From the NCBI GenBank assembly GCA_965224435.1, contig OZ245048.1:2850182-2914181 (forward strand): a stretch of DNA of 64,000 nt, given 5' to 3'. A program made the translations under genes and the position numbers. The notes beneath the pieces were generated by a model. That model did not search any database, was not told the origin of the DNA, and saw only the letters and a list, made by a program, of their open reading frames with translations. This stretch comes from Acidimicrobiales bacterium (GTDB lineage Bacteria > Actinomycetota > Acidimicrobiia > Acidimicrobiales > SZUA-35). The stretch's first letter is position 1. Each line of letters begins with the position of its first letter. This document shows, piece after piece, positions 10,095 to 19,791 of the stretch.

Positions 10095-11044
10095 GACACA
10101 TCAACCGAAGTCGAAGACACAACCGAAGCGGTCGAAGACGGTGTCACCCCGCTCGAAGGCCCCGAAGCAGAACCGGCACCATTTCCATTGGTGGCGACAA
10201 CCGTAAACGTATAGGCGGTCCCAGTAGTCAATCCAGTGAACGTCAACGACAAGCCAGTACCCGACGACGCTGTCGCTCCACCCGGGCTCGCAGTGACCGT
10301 GTAGTCAGAAATCGCTGACCCATTCGCCGCAGCAGCGGTCCAGTCCAAATCAACCGAAGTCGGACTGGCAACCGAGGCGTTCGGAGTACCCGGTGAACCC
10401 GGACCAGCCGAAGGAGTGACGGAGTTCGAGGCGGCCGAAGCCGGGCTATCACCGGCACCGTTGCTCGCAACCACGGAGAACGTATAGGCAGTGCCCGGAG
10501 TCAACCCGGTCACCGCGACGCTGGTCGGTCCAGCTGTAGACCCGGTCAATCCGTCGGGCGAAGACGTCACGACATAGCCCGAAATCGCTGAGCCAGTATT
10601 CGTTGGCGCAGACCAGTTGACTGTGGCCGAAGTAGACGAGGCAACAACCGCAGTTGGTGGCCCAGGCGCATCCGGAACCGCGTCCGGTGTGATGGCAGCC
10701 GAAGCAGAACTCGCCGTTGAACCATCGGCGTTGATTGCCGTGACTATGAACGTGTAAGAAACGCCAGCGGTAAGACCCGTAACTTCTGCCGTGGTGGCAG
10801 CAGGATCAATGCCAGTGACTGGCCCACCGGCGACTGGAGTCGAATCGATGGTGAAGCTCGTAAGAGATGATCCCCCGTCTCCGGGAATCGCCCAGGTGAC
10901 GTCAACGGTCGTAGCTGAGGAGCTCGCTACGGTCGGGGCAGATGCGAAAGGATCTGGCACAGCGGCGAAGACCGGGGTCGTACTGAGCATGACCATGGCC
11001 ATTGCACTCACAACGATGGCAAGAATTTTTCGCATTCGACTCAT
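10070..11044 (-). CDS. N-terminal fragment of the same FN3 surface protein (signal peptide plus FN3 modules)
   Basis: 324 aa with a signal peptide MSRMRKILAIVVSAMAMVMLSTTPVFAAVP. It ends in ...TASVVSSTSVDVSWSAPAAG, and the same peptide reappears at the start of the 7488..10094 ORF. The two ORFs overlap by 25 nt in different frames. Confidence 0.7.
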   Translation of the reverse strand: MSRMRKILAIVVSAMAMVMLSTTPVFAAVPDPFASAPTVASSSATTVDVTWAIPGDGGSSLTSFTIDSTPVAGGPVTGIDPAATTAEVTGLTAGVSYTFIVTAINADGSTASSASAAITPDAVPDAPGPPTAVVASSTSATVNWSAPTNTGSAISGYVVTSSPDGLTGSTAGPTSVAVTGLTPGTAYTFSVVASNGAGDSPASAASNSVTPSAGPGSPGTPNASVASPTSVDLDWTAAAANGSAISDYTVTASPGGATASSGTGLSLTFTGLTTGTAYTFTVVATNGNGAGSASGPSSGVTPSSTASVVSSTSVDVSWSAPAAG

Positions 11045-11325
11045 TACCTAGCTCCGTAGTCCGCAATACCCACAATCGCCCATTCTGCCTCATCGACAGG
11101 ATCAACGACTGGCTGTAGTGAGAAATCACCTAACCGAAATCTGCTGACCACAAACCGGAGCCAGCCAACCACCCTCCGACCGCAAATCACGCCGTTTCTG
11201 GGTGAGGTTTCTGGCTGAGCCAGACTCCTCATACTTCCGCGTCAAGATGAAGTGGCAGCCATCACCCATTCGACCCCCACGCGTGACACAATCAGGGCAT
11301 AGAGGGAAACGAAAGGTCGCGAGCA

Positions 11326-13035
11326 ATGACAGCTAGCCGTGGAGTTCAGATCATTTCAGGGGACGGGTCGGTGGCGCGTTCAGGTCCACTTACTGTCGTC
11401 ACATCCGGCTCAGAAGCGACAGGGATCGCTGCCTTGGCCATGATCGATGTGCTGGCTACAACCAATAGTTGGACCTTTGAGGCGGTGGCCGCCGCCCTCC
11501 ACGAACTGGTCGTGGCCCAGAATCCATCGGGCGTCAGCGCCCTGCTCGATGATCCAGATGAACCAATCGTCTTCGTTTTCGACCGAGCAGAAGCTGTCAT
11601 CGGCAAGATCCGACACAAGGGTGATGGCCGAGCAGGATGGACAACCGAAGTTGTCCCCGGCCCACTCGTCGAGCTTCGCCTCGCCAGCGTGCCGTTCTCC
11701 TCCATCGACGAGGAAACCGAACTTCGTGCCGGTCTTGTTCGAGGAGCTGGGGCAGCGATACCCGTTGATGCTCCAGCCCCAGCTGAAGAGCCAACGGTCA
11801 CCGCAACGGAGGTCCCCGAAAGCGACATTGAGGCTGAGCCCGCAATGGTTGCTCCCACGTCCCAAGCAGTCGCTGAACCTGCACCCGCCTATGACGCTCC
11901 TCCAACGACCGTCGACCCCGGTGAAGCACTCGACGTCCCGACCGGTGAGATCAAGGACTTGCCCGCCCCCGAGCCCGTCGAAGTCTCGGTCCCGGCAACG
12001 GAAGCACCGGACTCATCCATCACCCCACCGCCACCCATGGAATTGCCAGACACCGATCCCGTGATTGACCCATTGCCAGCAGCTAGTGCCGATCATGCCA
12101 TGGAAGCGGGTGCTGCAGCAGTCGCTCCCGAAGCAGCCGAGGCTCCGCCGACTCCGCCCGTGCCAGAACCAATTCTTCATCAAGAAGCCACTAACTCACC
12201 GCCACCGCCACCTGCACCCGCCGATGATGCTTCTTCGGCCGGTCAGGCCCCGCCCATACCCAACCTCCCGCCAGCGCCAGACCTCGCAGCACCACCCGAC
12301 CTTCCGCCTGTACCAGACCTTGCAGCAGCTCCCGATCTGCCTCCCGCTCCGAGCTTCACTCCACCGGCGGAGGTTCTTTCCACCCCCGATCTTGCATCAG
12401 CTCCTTCGATCCTGACAGATTCACCTCCGATGCCACCCCCCGGCATGAGCCCACCGCCACCCGCAGATATTTCATCCAGTCCCGGTGCGTCGGACCTGCC
12501 TCTCATCCCAGACTTGCCGATGCCAAAGCAACCGTCGGCGCTTTCGGATCTAGCAGATCTGCCAAGTCCTGCACACCTGCCACCGCTCGAGGAACTTCCA
12601 CCCCTGTCCGAGCTTCCGCCACCCACGCCATTGGCAACACCGCCACCGGCTCCTACACCGGCAGCTCCACCACCGGCCCCCTCGACTGCACCCGCCCCGA
12701 TGACTCCGCCACCTGCCAATCCGCCACCTGCCAGTCCGCTGCCTGGAGCCCCGAGCGCACCACCGGCTCCTTTCATTGCAGAGCCCCCGGTTGCTGCACC
12801 GCCTCCTACTCCAGAGTGGGGACCGCCGACCCAGCCCGTGAGCAACCCACCAGTCGCGGACATGCCGCCGCCCGTACCTTCGAATCCTTTTCCGTCGGGT
12901 CCATCGCCAATCGATCCCGGAACTGAGCTTCCGCCAATGCCTCCACTCAGTGACGCCCCGGCGCCGCCGCCTCGCCCCAGCGGAGCAAACCCTGGTGACT
13001 CAGTGACGCCCCCGCCCCCTCCACCACCGGTCTAG
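11326..13035 (+). CDS. Proline-rich protein with a roughly 150-aa N-terminal globular domain and a roughly 400-aa low-complexity P/A/L/D tail
   Basis: 569 aa. No signal peptide or TM segment is evident. DLPPAPDLAAPPDLPPVPDLAAAPDLPPAP repeats. Ends in PPPPPPPV. Confidence 0.6.
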   Translation: MTASRGVQIISGDGSVARSGPLTVVTSGSEATGIAALAMIDVLATTNSWTFEAVAAALHELVVAQNPSGVSALLDDPDEPIVFVFDRAEAVIGKIRHKGDGRAGWTTEVVPGPLVELRLASVPFSSIDEETELRAGLVRGAGAAIPVDAPAPAEEPTVTATEVPESDIEAEPAMVAPTSQAVAEPAPAYDAPPTTVDPGEALDVPTGEIKDLPAPEPVEVSVPATEAPDSSITPPPPMELPDTDPVIDPLPAASADHAMEAGAAAVAPEAAEAPPTPPVPEPILHQEATNSPPPPPAPADDASSAGQAPPIPNLPPAPDLAAPPDLPPVPDLAAAPDLPPAPSFTPPAEVLSTPDLASAPSILTDSPPMPPPGMSPPPPADISSSPGASDLPLIPDLPMPKQPSALSDLADLPSPAHLPPLEELPPLSELPPPTPLATPPPAPTPAAPPPAPSTAPAPMTPPPANPPPASPLPGAPSAPPAPFIAEPPVAAPPPTPEWGPPTQPVSNPPVADMPPPVPSNPFPSGPSPIDPGTELPPMPPLSDAPAPPPRPSGANPGDSVTPPPPPPPV

Positions 13036-13086
13036 CAATCTCGTTGCCTTCGCAACGCCATCACTGACCTACCCGATTCTCCAGTT

Positions 13087-14448
13087 CTAACCGAGTAGCC
13101 AGTTCACGGGAACAAGTCCCGCTGCTTCGCCCTGGCGATAGCGATCCCGGGCCTGGATTGCTGCTTGACGCAGCGCGTGCTCCGGATCAAGGCCTAGCTG
13201 GCAGGCTTGATCAACCACAGCAAGGAGTAGCTGGCCAAGTTCGTACTCGCCAGCATCAGCCAGCAAGCCACGATCAAGAACTGCCGAGGCCAGAGCAGCA
13301 CCACTGGCATTCTGAGAGCGAGCTGCCTTTTCTTGAATCTTGTGAGCCAGACTGAGGGCAGGGAGGGCTGACGGGATTCCATCCATGATGGATGCACGTC
13401 CCTTCTCCACCTTCTTGATCGCCTCCCAGTTGGCCACAACATCATCGGCATCCTTGACCTCGGTCTCGGCGAAAACATGAGGATGACGAGCCACCAGCTT
13501 GTCATGAACCGTTCGGGCCACATCGCCAATGGAGAAGACGCCAGCCTCTGCTGCTAGCTCAGCATGAAAGAGGATCTGGAACCAGAGATCACCAAGTTCT
13601 TCTTCCAGATCAGCATACCCAGCGGCTCGTTCTCCCTCCTGACTAACAAGATCGTCCAAGGCTTCCAGCACCTCGTAGGTCTCTTCCAACAGGTAGCGCC
13701 GTAACGACTCATGGGTCTGCTTCTGATCCCACGGGCATTCCTGACGCAGCCGGTGCATCAGATCAACCGTCCGCTTGAGTTCGCCACCAACAGGAGCAAG
13801 AACCTCGGGCAGGAACAGTGAGGTCAGATGGTCTGGCTCAAATGACCGGTCGAGCTCAGGCCACGGGACCTCAAAGACTTCTTCATCTGGAGTACCAAGC
13901 CCCTTCAGAACAATCACTGTCTGCTCTGGGCCAGCATCCATGGCGAGTTTGATCTCGGACAATACCCAGGGCGCATGAGTATGGGCAATGAGGAGGGGCC
14001 CGGCCTGACCTTCAATCTCTTGAGAGAAGACATGACCATCCACCAACCGAACTCCGGCTTCAACCGGATCGATGGCCAGCCGGGCCCAGGCCACGTCCAA
14101 AAAAGACAAGGACGGAAGAATGTCGACCTCAACCCGAGTGTCAGCAAGCAGATGCATGACCGAGCGTTCAAGCACCAGGGGCGAACCCGGAACCACATAG
14201 AGAACTTCGCCAGAGTCTGTTGCGGCTTCGACCAGGCGGTCCGCAATCGTCCGGTAGACCTCGACTAGAGAGTTGCCAGCGTCGTAGACGTCGTCAAAGG
14301 TGATCGTCGCCTGGACCCGATGGGCCGTTGGGTGTCGCGAGGTGCGCAGAAAGCTCGGTACATCCGAGTCCAACGCCGAGGCTGTTGCCTCGGTGAGATC
14401 ACCCTCCCCGCCCGGACCAAGGCCACAGACGGTTACCCGTGGTGTCAT
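13087..14448 (-). CDS. mazG: Nucleoside triphosphate pyrophosphohydrolase MazG with an N-terminal tetrapyrrole-methylase-like domain (YabN-type fusion)
   Basis: 453 aa. The C-terminal half carries tandem MazG EExxE modules (EETYEVLEALDD; ELGDLWFQILFHAELAAEAG; ELGQLLLAVVDQACQLGLDPE). The N-terminal roughly 220 aa is TP-methylase-like (VTVCGLGPGGEGDLT). Confidence 0.8.
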   Translation of the reverse strand: MTPRVTVCGLGPGGEGDLTEATASALDSDVPSFLRTSRHPTAHRVQATITFDDVYDAGNSLVEVYRTIADRLVEAATDSGEVLYVVPGSPLVLERSVMHLLADTRVEVDILPSLSFLDVAWARLAIDPVEAGVRLVDGHVFSQEIEGQAGPLLIAHTHAPWVLSEIKLAMDAGPEQTVIVLKGLGTPDEEVFEVPWPELDRSFEPDHLTSLFLPEVLAPVGGELKRTVDLMHRLRQECPWDQKQTHESLRRYLLEETYEVLEALDDLVSQEGERAAGYADLEEELGDLWFQILFHAELAAEAGVFSIGDVARTVHDKLVARHPHVFAETEVKDADDVVANWEAIKKVEKGRASIMDGIPSALPALSLAHKIQEKAARSQNASGAALASAVLDRGLLADAGEYELGQLLLAVVDQACQLGLDPEHALRQAAIQARDRYRQGEAAGLVPVNWLLG

Positions 14449-15377
14449 TGACCTGGTTGCTGTACCGCCGGCGAGACAATCAATCGACCAGGGTCCCAGA
14501 ACCCGATCGTTGGATCGACGTCAACATCAGGCATCACCGACAGAACAGCCGAGATTCGCTGGCTAGCCAATTCAGCTGCATCGACTTCATCAAGGACAGT
14601 CTCTTCGTATTCATCAATGATGATGAGGTGGAAGCCGAACTGGGTCTCAACCGGACCAAGAATCTCGCCTTGCTCCCCAGCCAAGATTGCATCCCGGAAA
14701 GGCTCTACGAAACGGTCGGGGGCACTACAGCCAAGCGAACCGCCCTGGGCGCCGCTGCCAGGATCTTGCGAGAACTCAGACGCGAGGTCACCAAAGTCAG
14801 CACCTTGCTGGATCTGCCCCGCGAGGTCATCGGCCTCGTCTAAGGTTTCGACCAGAATGTGGCGGGTGCAGGGAATCAGAACCGTCTCAGCCTCAGGCTG
14901 GTTAGCAGCCAGCTCATCAGCCAGCGCACCTTGCTTGGCACGAATTCGACTCAGCGAGTCCAGATACGGAGCCAACTCTGCCACGATCTCACTCGTGACC
15001 GCTTGATCATTGAAGAGTCGGTCTACTTCAAGTAAAAATGCATCGCTGGACTCGACAAAAGCTGACTCTGGGACCGTGATTCCCTCGTCAACAAGCACAC
15101 TGTCAATGACTTTCTCGATGATCAAGGTCGTGAGCAGTTGGGCTTGAAACCCTTCGGGCATCTGACCAGAAAAGGCAGCGTCCAAGAAGCGTTGGCTTGA
15201 CTCGATTGAAGTAACGATGTCGGTGAGTTCGCTCGAAGCAATCTCAACCGAGTCGCCGTCGGGAATGTGGACCGTTGCAGCTGGGCCCCCGCGGGTTACA
15301 CCGCAGGCTGAAGCCAGCAACGTGAGCACGCCAAGGACGGCGAGCAGGATACGAGTATTCGTCGAGGAAGTCTTCAC
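14445..15377 (-). CDS. Parvulin-type peptidyl-prolyl isomerase lipoprotein (PrsA/SurA-like)
   Basis: Signal peptide with LLASAC-G (probable lipobox). C-terminal rotamase domain GGSLGCSAPDRFVEPFRDAILAGEQGEILGPVETQFGFHLIIIDE. Confidence 0.75.
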   Translation of the reverse strand: MKTSSTNTRILLAVLGVLTLLASACGVTRGGPAATVHIPDGDSVEIASSELTDIVTSIESSQRFLDAAFSGQMPEGFQAQLLTTLIIEKVIDSVLVDEGITVPESAFVESSDAFLLEVDRLFNDQAVTSEIVAELAPYLDSLSRIRAKQGALADELAANQPEAETVLIPCTRHILVETLDEADDLAGQIQQGADFGDLASEFSQDPGSGAQGGSLGCSAPDRFVEPFRDAILAGEQGEILGPVETQFGFHLIIIDEYEETVLDEVDAAELASQRISAVLSVMPDVDVDPTIGFWDPGRLIVSPAVQQPGQ

Positions 15378-15395
15378 AATGGAAAGGCTAGAGGC

Positions 15396-16427
15396 CTACG
15401 CGACGTCCCAGGTGGCACCCGAGTGGAGAAGATCATGAAGCTTTCCGACACCCTGGTTCTTTTTGGCTGTCTTCAGCTGATCTTCGACCGCTTCGGAATA
15501 CTCCTGCTGCTCAACCGCACGGAACACACCAAAGGGTGTCGGGGATTGACGATTGTCAGCCATCTGCCCAAGAGCAAAGGCCACCGAGGGGTCGGGGTTG
15601 GTCTCATCGTGGATAGCAATGGCATCCAGCCCAACGTCGGCAACTTCGGCAATGGTCGCTCCGCCGCCGTGCATCACGATGCCACGCTGCTTCTCGGCAC
15701 CAAAGAGGATGCGCTCACCGTGAACAAGGTCAATCATCATCTCGTCCCGGTTGGCGCGCTTCACGATGGCATCAAAGGCACCGTCGTTGAACACATTGCA
15801 GTTCTGGTAGATCTCAACCAGAGCCGCACCCTTGTGCTCATGAGCACGCTTGAACGTGGCCATCATGTGCTTGCGGTCAAGATCATGAGTGCGAGCAATG
15901 AACGTTGCGCCCGCCCCTGCTACCAAACTCAGCGGCTTGAATGGTGCGTCAATTGATCCCATCGGGGTCGACTTCGTTACCTTGCCAACCTCACTGGTCG
16001 GCGAGAACTGGCCCTTGGTGAGACCGTAAATTTGGTTGTTGAACAACAAGATCTTGATGTTGACGTTCCGGCGCAGTGCGTGGATCAGGTGGTTTCCACC
16101 AATGGACAGCATGTCGCCGTCGCCGCCAATGACCCAAACGTCAAGGTCGGGGCGAGCCAGGGCTAGTCCAGTGGCAATTGCTGGCGCACGTCCGTGAATG
16201 GTGTGCATGCCGTAGCTGTTCATGTAGTACGGGAATCGGGCAGCGCAACCAATGCCAGAGATGAAGACCGAGTTCTCTCGCTTCACCCCAAGTTCGGTAT
16301 GGAGGAACTGCATGGCGGCCAAGATGCCGTAGTCGCCACAACCCGGGCACCAGCGAACCTCCTGACTCGAGGTCCAATAGCCACGCTTTGTTGGGTCAGT
16401 CTGAATTTCAACGACGCTGTTGCTCAT
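15396..16427 (-). CDS. korB: 2-oxoacid:ferredoxin oxidoreductase beta subunit (KorB-like, TPP-binding)
   Basis: 343 aa: WCPGCGDYGIL...GGDGDMLSIGGNHLIH, a thiamine-diphosphate motif. Coupled to the alpha subunit by a 4-nt overlap. Confidence 0.85.
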   Translation of the reverse strand: MSNSVVEIQTDPTKRGYWTSSQEVRWCPGCGDYGILAAMQFLHTELGVKRENSVFISGIGCAARFPYYMNSYGMHTIHGRAPAIATGLALARPDLDVWVIGGDGDMLSIGGNHLIHALRRNVNIKILLFNNQIYGLTKGQFSPTSEVGKVTKSTPMGSIDAPFKPLSLVAGAGATFIARTHDLDRKHMMATFKRAHEHKGAALVEIYQNCNVFNDGAFDAIVKRANRDEMMIDLVHGERILFGAEKQRGIVMHGGGATIAEVADVGLDAIAIHDETNPDPSVAFALGQMADNRQSPTPFGVFRAVEQQEYSEAVEDQLKTAKKNQGVGKLHDLLHSGATWDVA

Positions 16428-18304
16428 GCCTTTACTCCATCGATGTGTTGATTCATTCCGGCCATAATCTCTCGTGCGGTGAAGGGAAGGCCCTTCATCT
16501 TGGTGATGGACATTGCATCCACTAGGAATTCTGAGCGGAGAATCTTGACCAACTGACCCATATTCAGTTCCGGTACATAGATGTGCTTGTATCGCTTGAG
16601 TACCTCACCCAAATTGGAGTGGAAGGGTGAGATATGGGTGAGGTGGATTCGGTCAACAGGAGTGCCCTCTTGCGCGAGCAAGTTCTGGGCGTAGGTGATG
16701 GAGCCAGCGGTTGAACCCCAGCCAACAAGCACGGTGTCACAGTCGCCCGACCCATGTACCTCAACCAACGGAATGTCCGAAGCAATACCGTCGACCTTGG
16801 CCTTGCGAAGTCGAGACATCAGCTCATGGTTCTCGGGTGAGTACTCGACGTCACCGGAGCCATCGGCCTTCTCTAGGCCGCCGAGCCGATGCTCAAGGCC
16901 TGGTGTTCCCGGCAGCGCCCACGGTCGAGCGAGCGTCTCGGGATCACGCAAGAACGGGTAGAAGGCAGGGTTTCCGTTGGCATCCTCGGCGTTGAACTCG
17001 GTGGCGAACTCGACAGAGATGTCAGGTAGTGAGTCAACGTCTGGCAGGTTCCAGGGCTCCGCTCCGTTGGCCAGATAGCCGTCGGTGAGAAGAATCACTG
17101 GGGTGCGATACTTCAGCGCAATTCGACAAGCCTCTATTGCCATGTCAAAGCAGTTGGATGGGCTATAGGCGGCAACGACTGGCAAGGGTGACTCGCCGTG
17201 GCGGCCGTACACCGCCTGCAACAAGTCGCTGGCTTCGGTCTTGGTTGGAAGTCCCGTTGATGGACCACCACGTTGCACATTGATGATGACCATTGGCAGC
17301 TCGGCCATATTGGCCAGGCTGATGGTTTCCCCCTTGAGGGCAACACCAGGACCTGACGTTGTTGTGAACGCAAGGTGGCCACCAAAGGCCGCACCGACGG
17401 CAGCGCCTGCAGCGGCGATCTCGTCTTCGGCTTGGAAGGTCCGGATGCCGAAGTTCTTGTGCTTGGACAATTCGTGCAGGATGTCAGAAGCCGGTGTGAT
17501 GGGGTAGCTGCCAAGAAAGATCGGCAGCTTGGCCAACTCACCGGCCGCGATCATGCCCCAAGCTGTGGCGGCATTGCCGGTGATATTGGTGTAGGTGCCC
17601 GGCGCATGAGGAGCAGCAACCACCTCGAACTGATCAGCGAACATCTCGGTGGTTTCGCCGTATGCATGGCCCGCCTTGAGTGCGGCGATGTTGGCGGCAA
17701 CAACTTCGGGCTTCTTGGCGAACTTCTTCTCGACCCAATCAATGGTCGGCTCGAGCGATCGGGTGTACATCCAGCTGATTAGGCCGAGCGCAAAGAGGTT
17801 CTTAGACCGCTCAGCATCGCGTTTTTTCACGTCGATGTCAGCAGTGGCACCGACGGTCAGGGACGTCATCGGCACCTCGTGCACGATGTAGTCATCCAGG
17901 CTGCCATCTTCACGAGGGTCAACTTCATAGCCACACTTGGTCAGGTTGCGCTCATCGAAGGCGTCGATGTTCAGAATCACAGTTCCACCGGACTTGATCC
18001 GGTCGATCTGACTCTTGAGCGCCGCCGGGTTCATGGCCACCAACACATCGGGCTCATCCCCGGGTGTATAGATCTCGTGATCGGAAATGTGGATTTGGAA
18101 CGCTGATACCCCAGCCACGGTTCCTTGGGGTGCTCGGATCTCGGCCGGATATTCCGGCAAGGTCAGAACATCGTTTCCAGCCAACGCGCTAGCGGAGGTG
18201 AAACGGTCTCCCGTGAGTTGCATTCCATCGCCGGAGTCCCCGGCGAAGCGGATTACGACCTGGTCAAGATTCGTCTTATCGACCCGGTCAGCAGTATTGG
18301 TCAT
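16424..18304 (-). CDS. korA: 2-oxoacid:ferredoxin oxidoreductase alpha subunit (KorA-like)
   Basis: 626 aa with POR/KOR alpha signatures (FAGDSGDGMQLTG, GSYPITPASDILHELS). Confidence 0.85.
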   Translation of the reverse strand: MTNTADRVDKTNLDQVVIRFAGDSGDGMQLTGDRFTSASALAGNDVLTLPEYPAEIRAPQGTVAGVSAFQIHISDHEIYTPGDEPDVLVAMNPAALKSQIDRIKSGGTVILNIDAFDERNLTKCGYEVDPREDGSLDDYIVHEVPMTSLTVGATADIDVKKRDAERSKNLFALGLISWMYTRSLEPTIDWVEKKFAKKPEVVAANIAALKAGHAYGETTEMFADQFEVVAAPHAPGTYTNITGNAATAWGMIAAGELAKLPIFLGSYPITPASDILHELSKHKNFGIRTFQAEDEIAAAGAAVGAAFGGHLAFTTTSGPGVALKGETISLANMAELPMVIINVQRGGPSTGLPTKTEASDLLQAVYGRHGESPLPVVAAYSPSNCFDMAIEACRIALKYRTPVILLTDGYLANGAEPWNLPDVDSLPDISVEFATEFNAEDANGNPAFYPFLRDPETLARPWALPGTPGLEHRLGGLEKADGSGDVEYSPENHELMSRLRKAKVDGIASDIPLVEVHGSGDCDTVLVGWGSTAGSITYAQNLLAQEGTPVDRIHLTHISPFHSNLGEVLKRYKHIYVPELNMGQLVKILRSEFLVDAMSITKMKGLPFTAREIMAGMNQHIDGVKA

Positions 18305-18561
18305 GTTGTGTACTCCAAGTGAGCGAAATCCATCACGGGAGCGTCACTCTGACCAGGAGGTGCCAGTCCAAGACCAGCCCCGTTGCTGGTAACGACGAGA
18401 GGTACGTTACACCCGAAATCACGCCTAGAAGCAAGAGTCAGCCGAATCAATTTCGAATCGTTTCAGTTTCGTTTCTGAATACATCTGGAAGTAGTTCATC
18501 CGGCAGTCGTAACAGAACATTTGGGCGGGAGAATCTGCTGGATCGCGACGGCTGATGTAAC

Positions 18562-19791
18562 TTGGGCCCGGTGAATCGTCTGACTCCTCTTTCCATGAAA
18601 CTTCAGGGCTTCGGAACGACAATCTTTGCCCAAATGTCGGCGCTCGCAGCCGAAACCGGGGCTCTCAACCTCGGCCAAGGATTCCCCGATAGTGACGGCC
18701 CGCGCGTAGTGTCCGATGCGGCGATCCAGGCCATCCAAGATGGTGTCAACCAGTACTCCCCCGGTCCTGGCCATCCCGATCTACGCAACGCCATCGCCGA
18801 ACACCAACAACGGTTCTGGAATCAGGCGCTGGATCCAGATTCGGAAATCCTGGTGACAGCCGGCGCGACAGAAGCCATTGCCGCCACCCTGTTGGCCTTG
18901 TGCGAGCCCGGTGACGAAGTCATTGTCTTTGATCCGACCTATGACTCTTACGCTGCCGGGATCTCCATGGCCCACGCCATTATCCGGCCCGTAACGTTGC
19001 GGCCCGTCGCCGACGCCAGCGACAGCCGAAGTCAGGACAGTGAAACTACCGCCTACGGATTCGACGAATCCGAGTTGCGGTCAGCGTTCGGACCAAAGAC
19101 CCGACTGCTTCTACTGAACACGCCCCACAACCCGACGGGCAAGGTCTTCACGTCACACGAGCTGGATCTCATCGCCGAACTCTGCATCGAACACGACGTG
19201 ATTGCGGTTACCGACGAGGTCTATGAACACCTCGTCTTCGAAGGCAGCCACCAGCTCTTAGCCAATCTGCCAGAGATGGCTGAGCGAACTCTCACCATCT
19301 CCTCCGGAGGTAAGACATTCTCGTTCACCGGCTGGAAGATTGGCTGGGTAAGCGGACCGGCTGAACTGGTTGCCGCTGTCCGCACAGCAAAGCAGTATCT
19401 GACATTCGTCAACGGAGCACCCTTCCAGCCAGCAATCGCCGTTGGCCTGCGGTTGGGAGACGACTACTACCGTGACTTCGTCACTGGACTTCGCGCCAAG
19501 CGTGATCTGCTCTGCGAGGCCTTGCAAGATGCTGGTTTCCTCGTCCATCGTCCGCAGGGCACCTATTTCGCCACGGCTGATATCACTCCACTTGGCTATG
19601 AAGACGGGATTGAATTCTGTCTTGAACTTCCCCGTCGCGCCGGGGTGGTTGCTGTTCCTAGCCGAGTGTTCTATCAGCAGGCGGCTGCAGGCAAGACCCA
19701 GCCCGGCAACAGTTTCGTTCGCTTCTGCTTCGCCAAGAGTGATGAAACCCTGATCGAATCCGGTGACCGACTGAAGGCAGCTTTCCAGTGA
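18562..19791 (+). CDS. PLP-dependent class I aminotransferase (YbdL/DapC-like methionine or glutamine transaminase)
   Basis: 409 aa: NLGQGFPDSDGP...YSPGPGHPDLRNAIA...TISSGGKTFSFTGWKIGW (PLP lysine context). Confidence 0.8.
   Translation: MGPVNRLTPLSMKLQGFGTTIFAQMSALAAETGALNLGQGFPDSDGPRVVSDAAIQAIQDGVNQYSPGPGHPDLRNAIAEHQQRFWNQALDPDSEILVTAGATEAIAATLLALCEPGDEVIVFDPTYDSYAAGISMAHAIIRPVTLRPVADASDSRSQDSETTAYGFDESELRSAFGPKTRLLLLNTPHNPTGKVFTSHELDLIAELCIEHDVIAVTDEVYEHLVFEGSHQLLANLPEMAERTLTISSGGKTFSFTGWKIGWVSGPAELVAAVRTAKQYLTFVNGAPFQPAIAVGLRLGDDYYRDFVTGLRAKRDLLCEALQDAGFLVHRPQGTYFATADITPLGYEDGIEFCLELPRRAGVVAVPSRVFYQQAAAGKTQPGNSFVRFCFAKSDETLIESGDRLKAAFQ

Noticed and set aside
9148-10206. Plus-strand ORFs 9148..9600 and 9766..10206 inside the FN3 gene
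   Set aside because: Antisense to a strongly supported repeat-protein gene. They mirror its internal DNA repeats and are not independent genes.
11346-12863. Minus-strand ORFs (170, 151 and 206 aa) inside the proline-rich gene
   Set aside because: Antisense, G/A/S-rich translations generated by the CCN-rich sense strand. No independent signals.
18305-18561. Possible riboswitch in the 257-bp divergent region between korA and the aminotransferase
   Set aside because: Only a GTTTC x3 direct repeat and modest AT-richness were seen. No recognisable riboswitch core or terminator/antiterminator pair.
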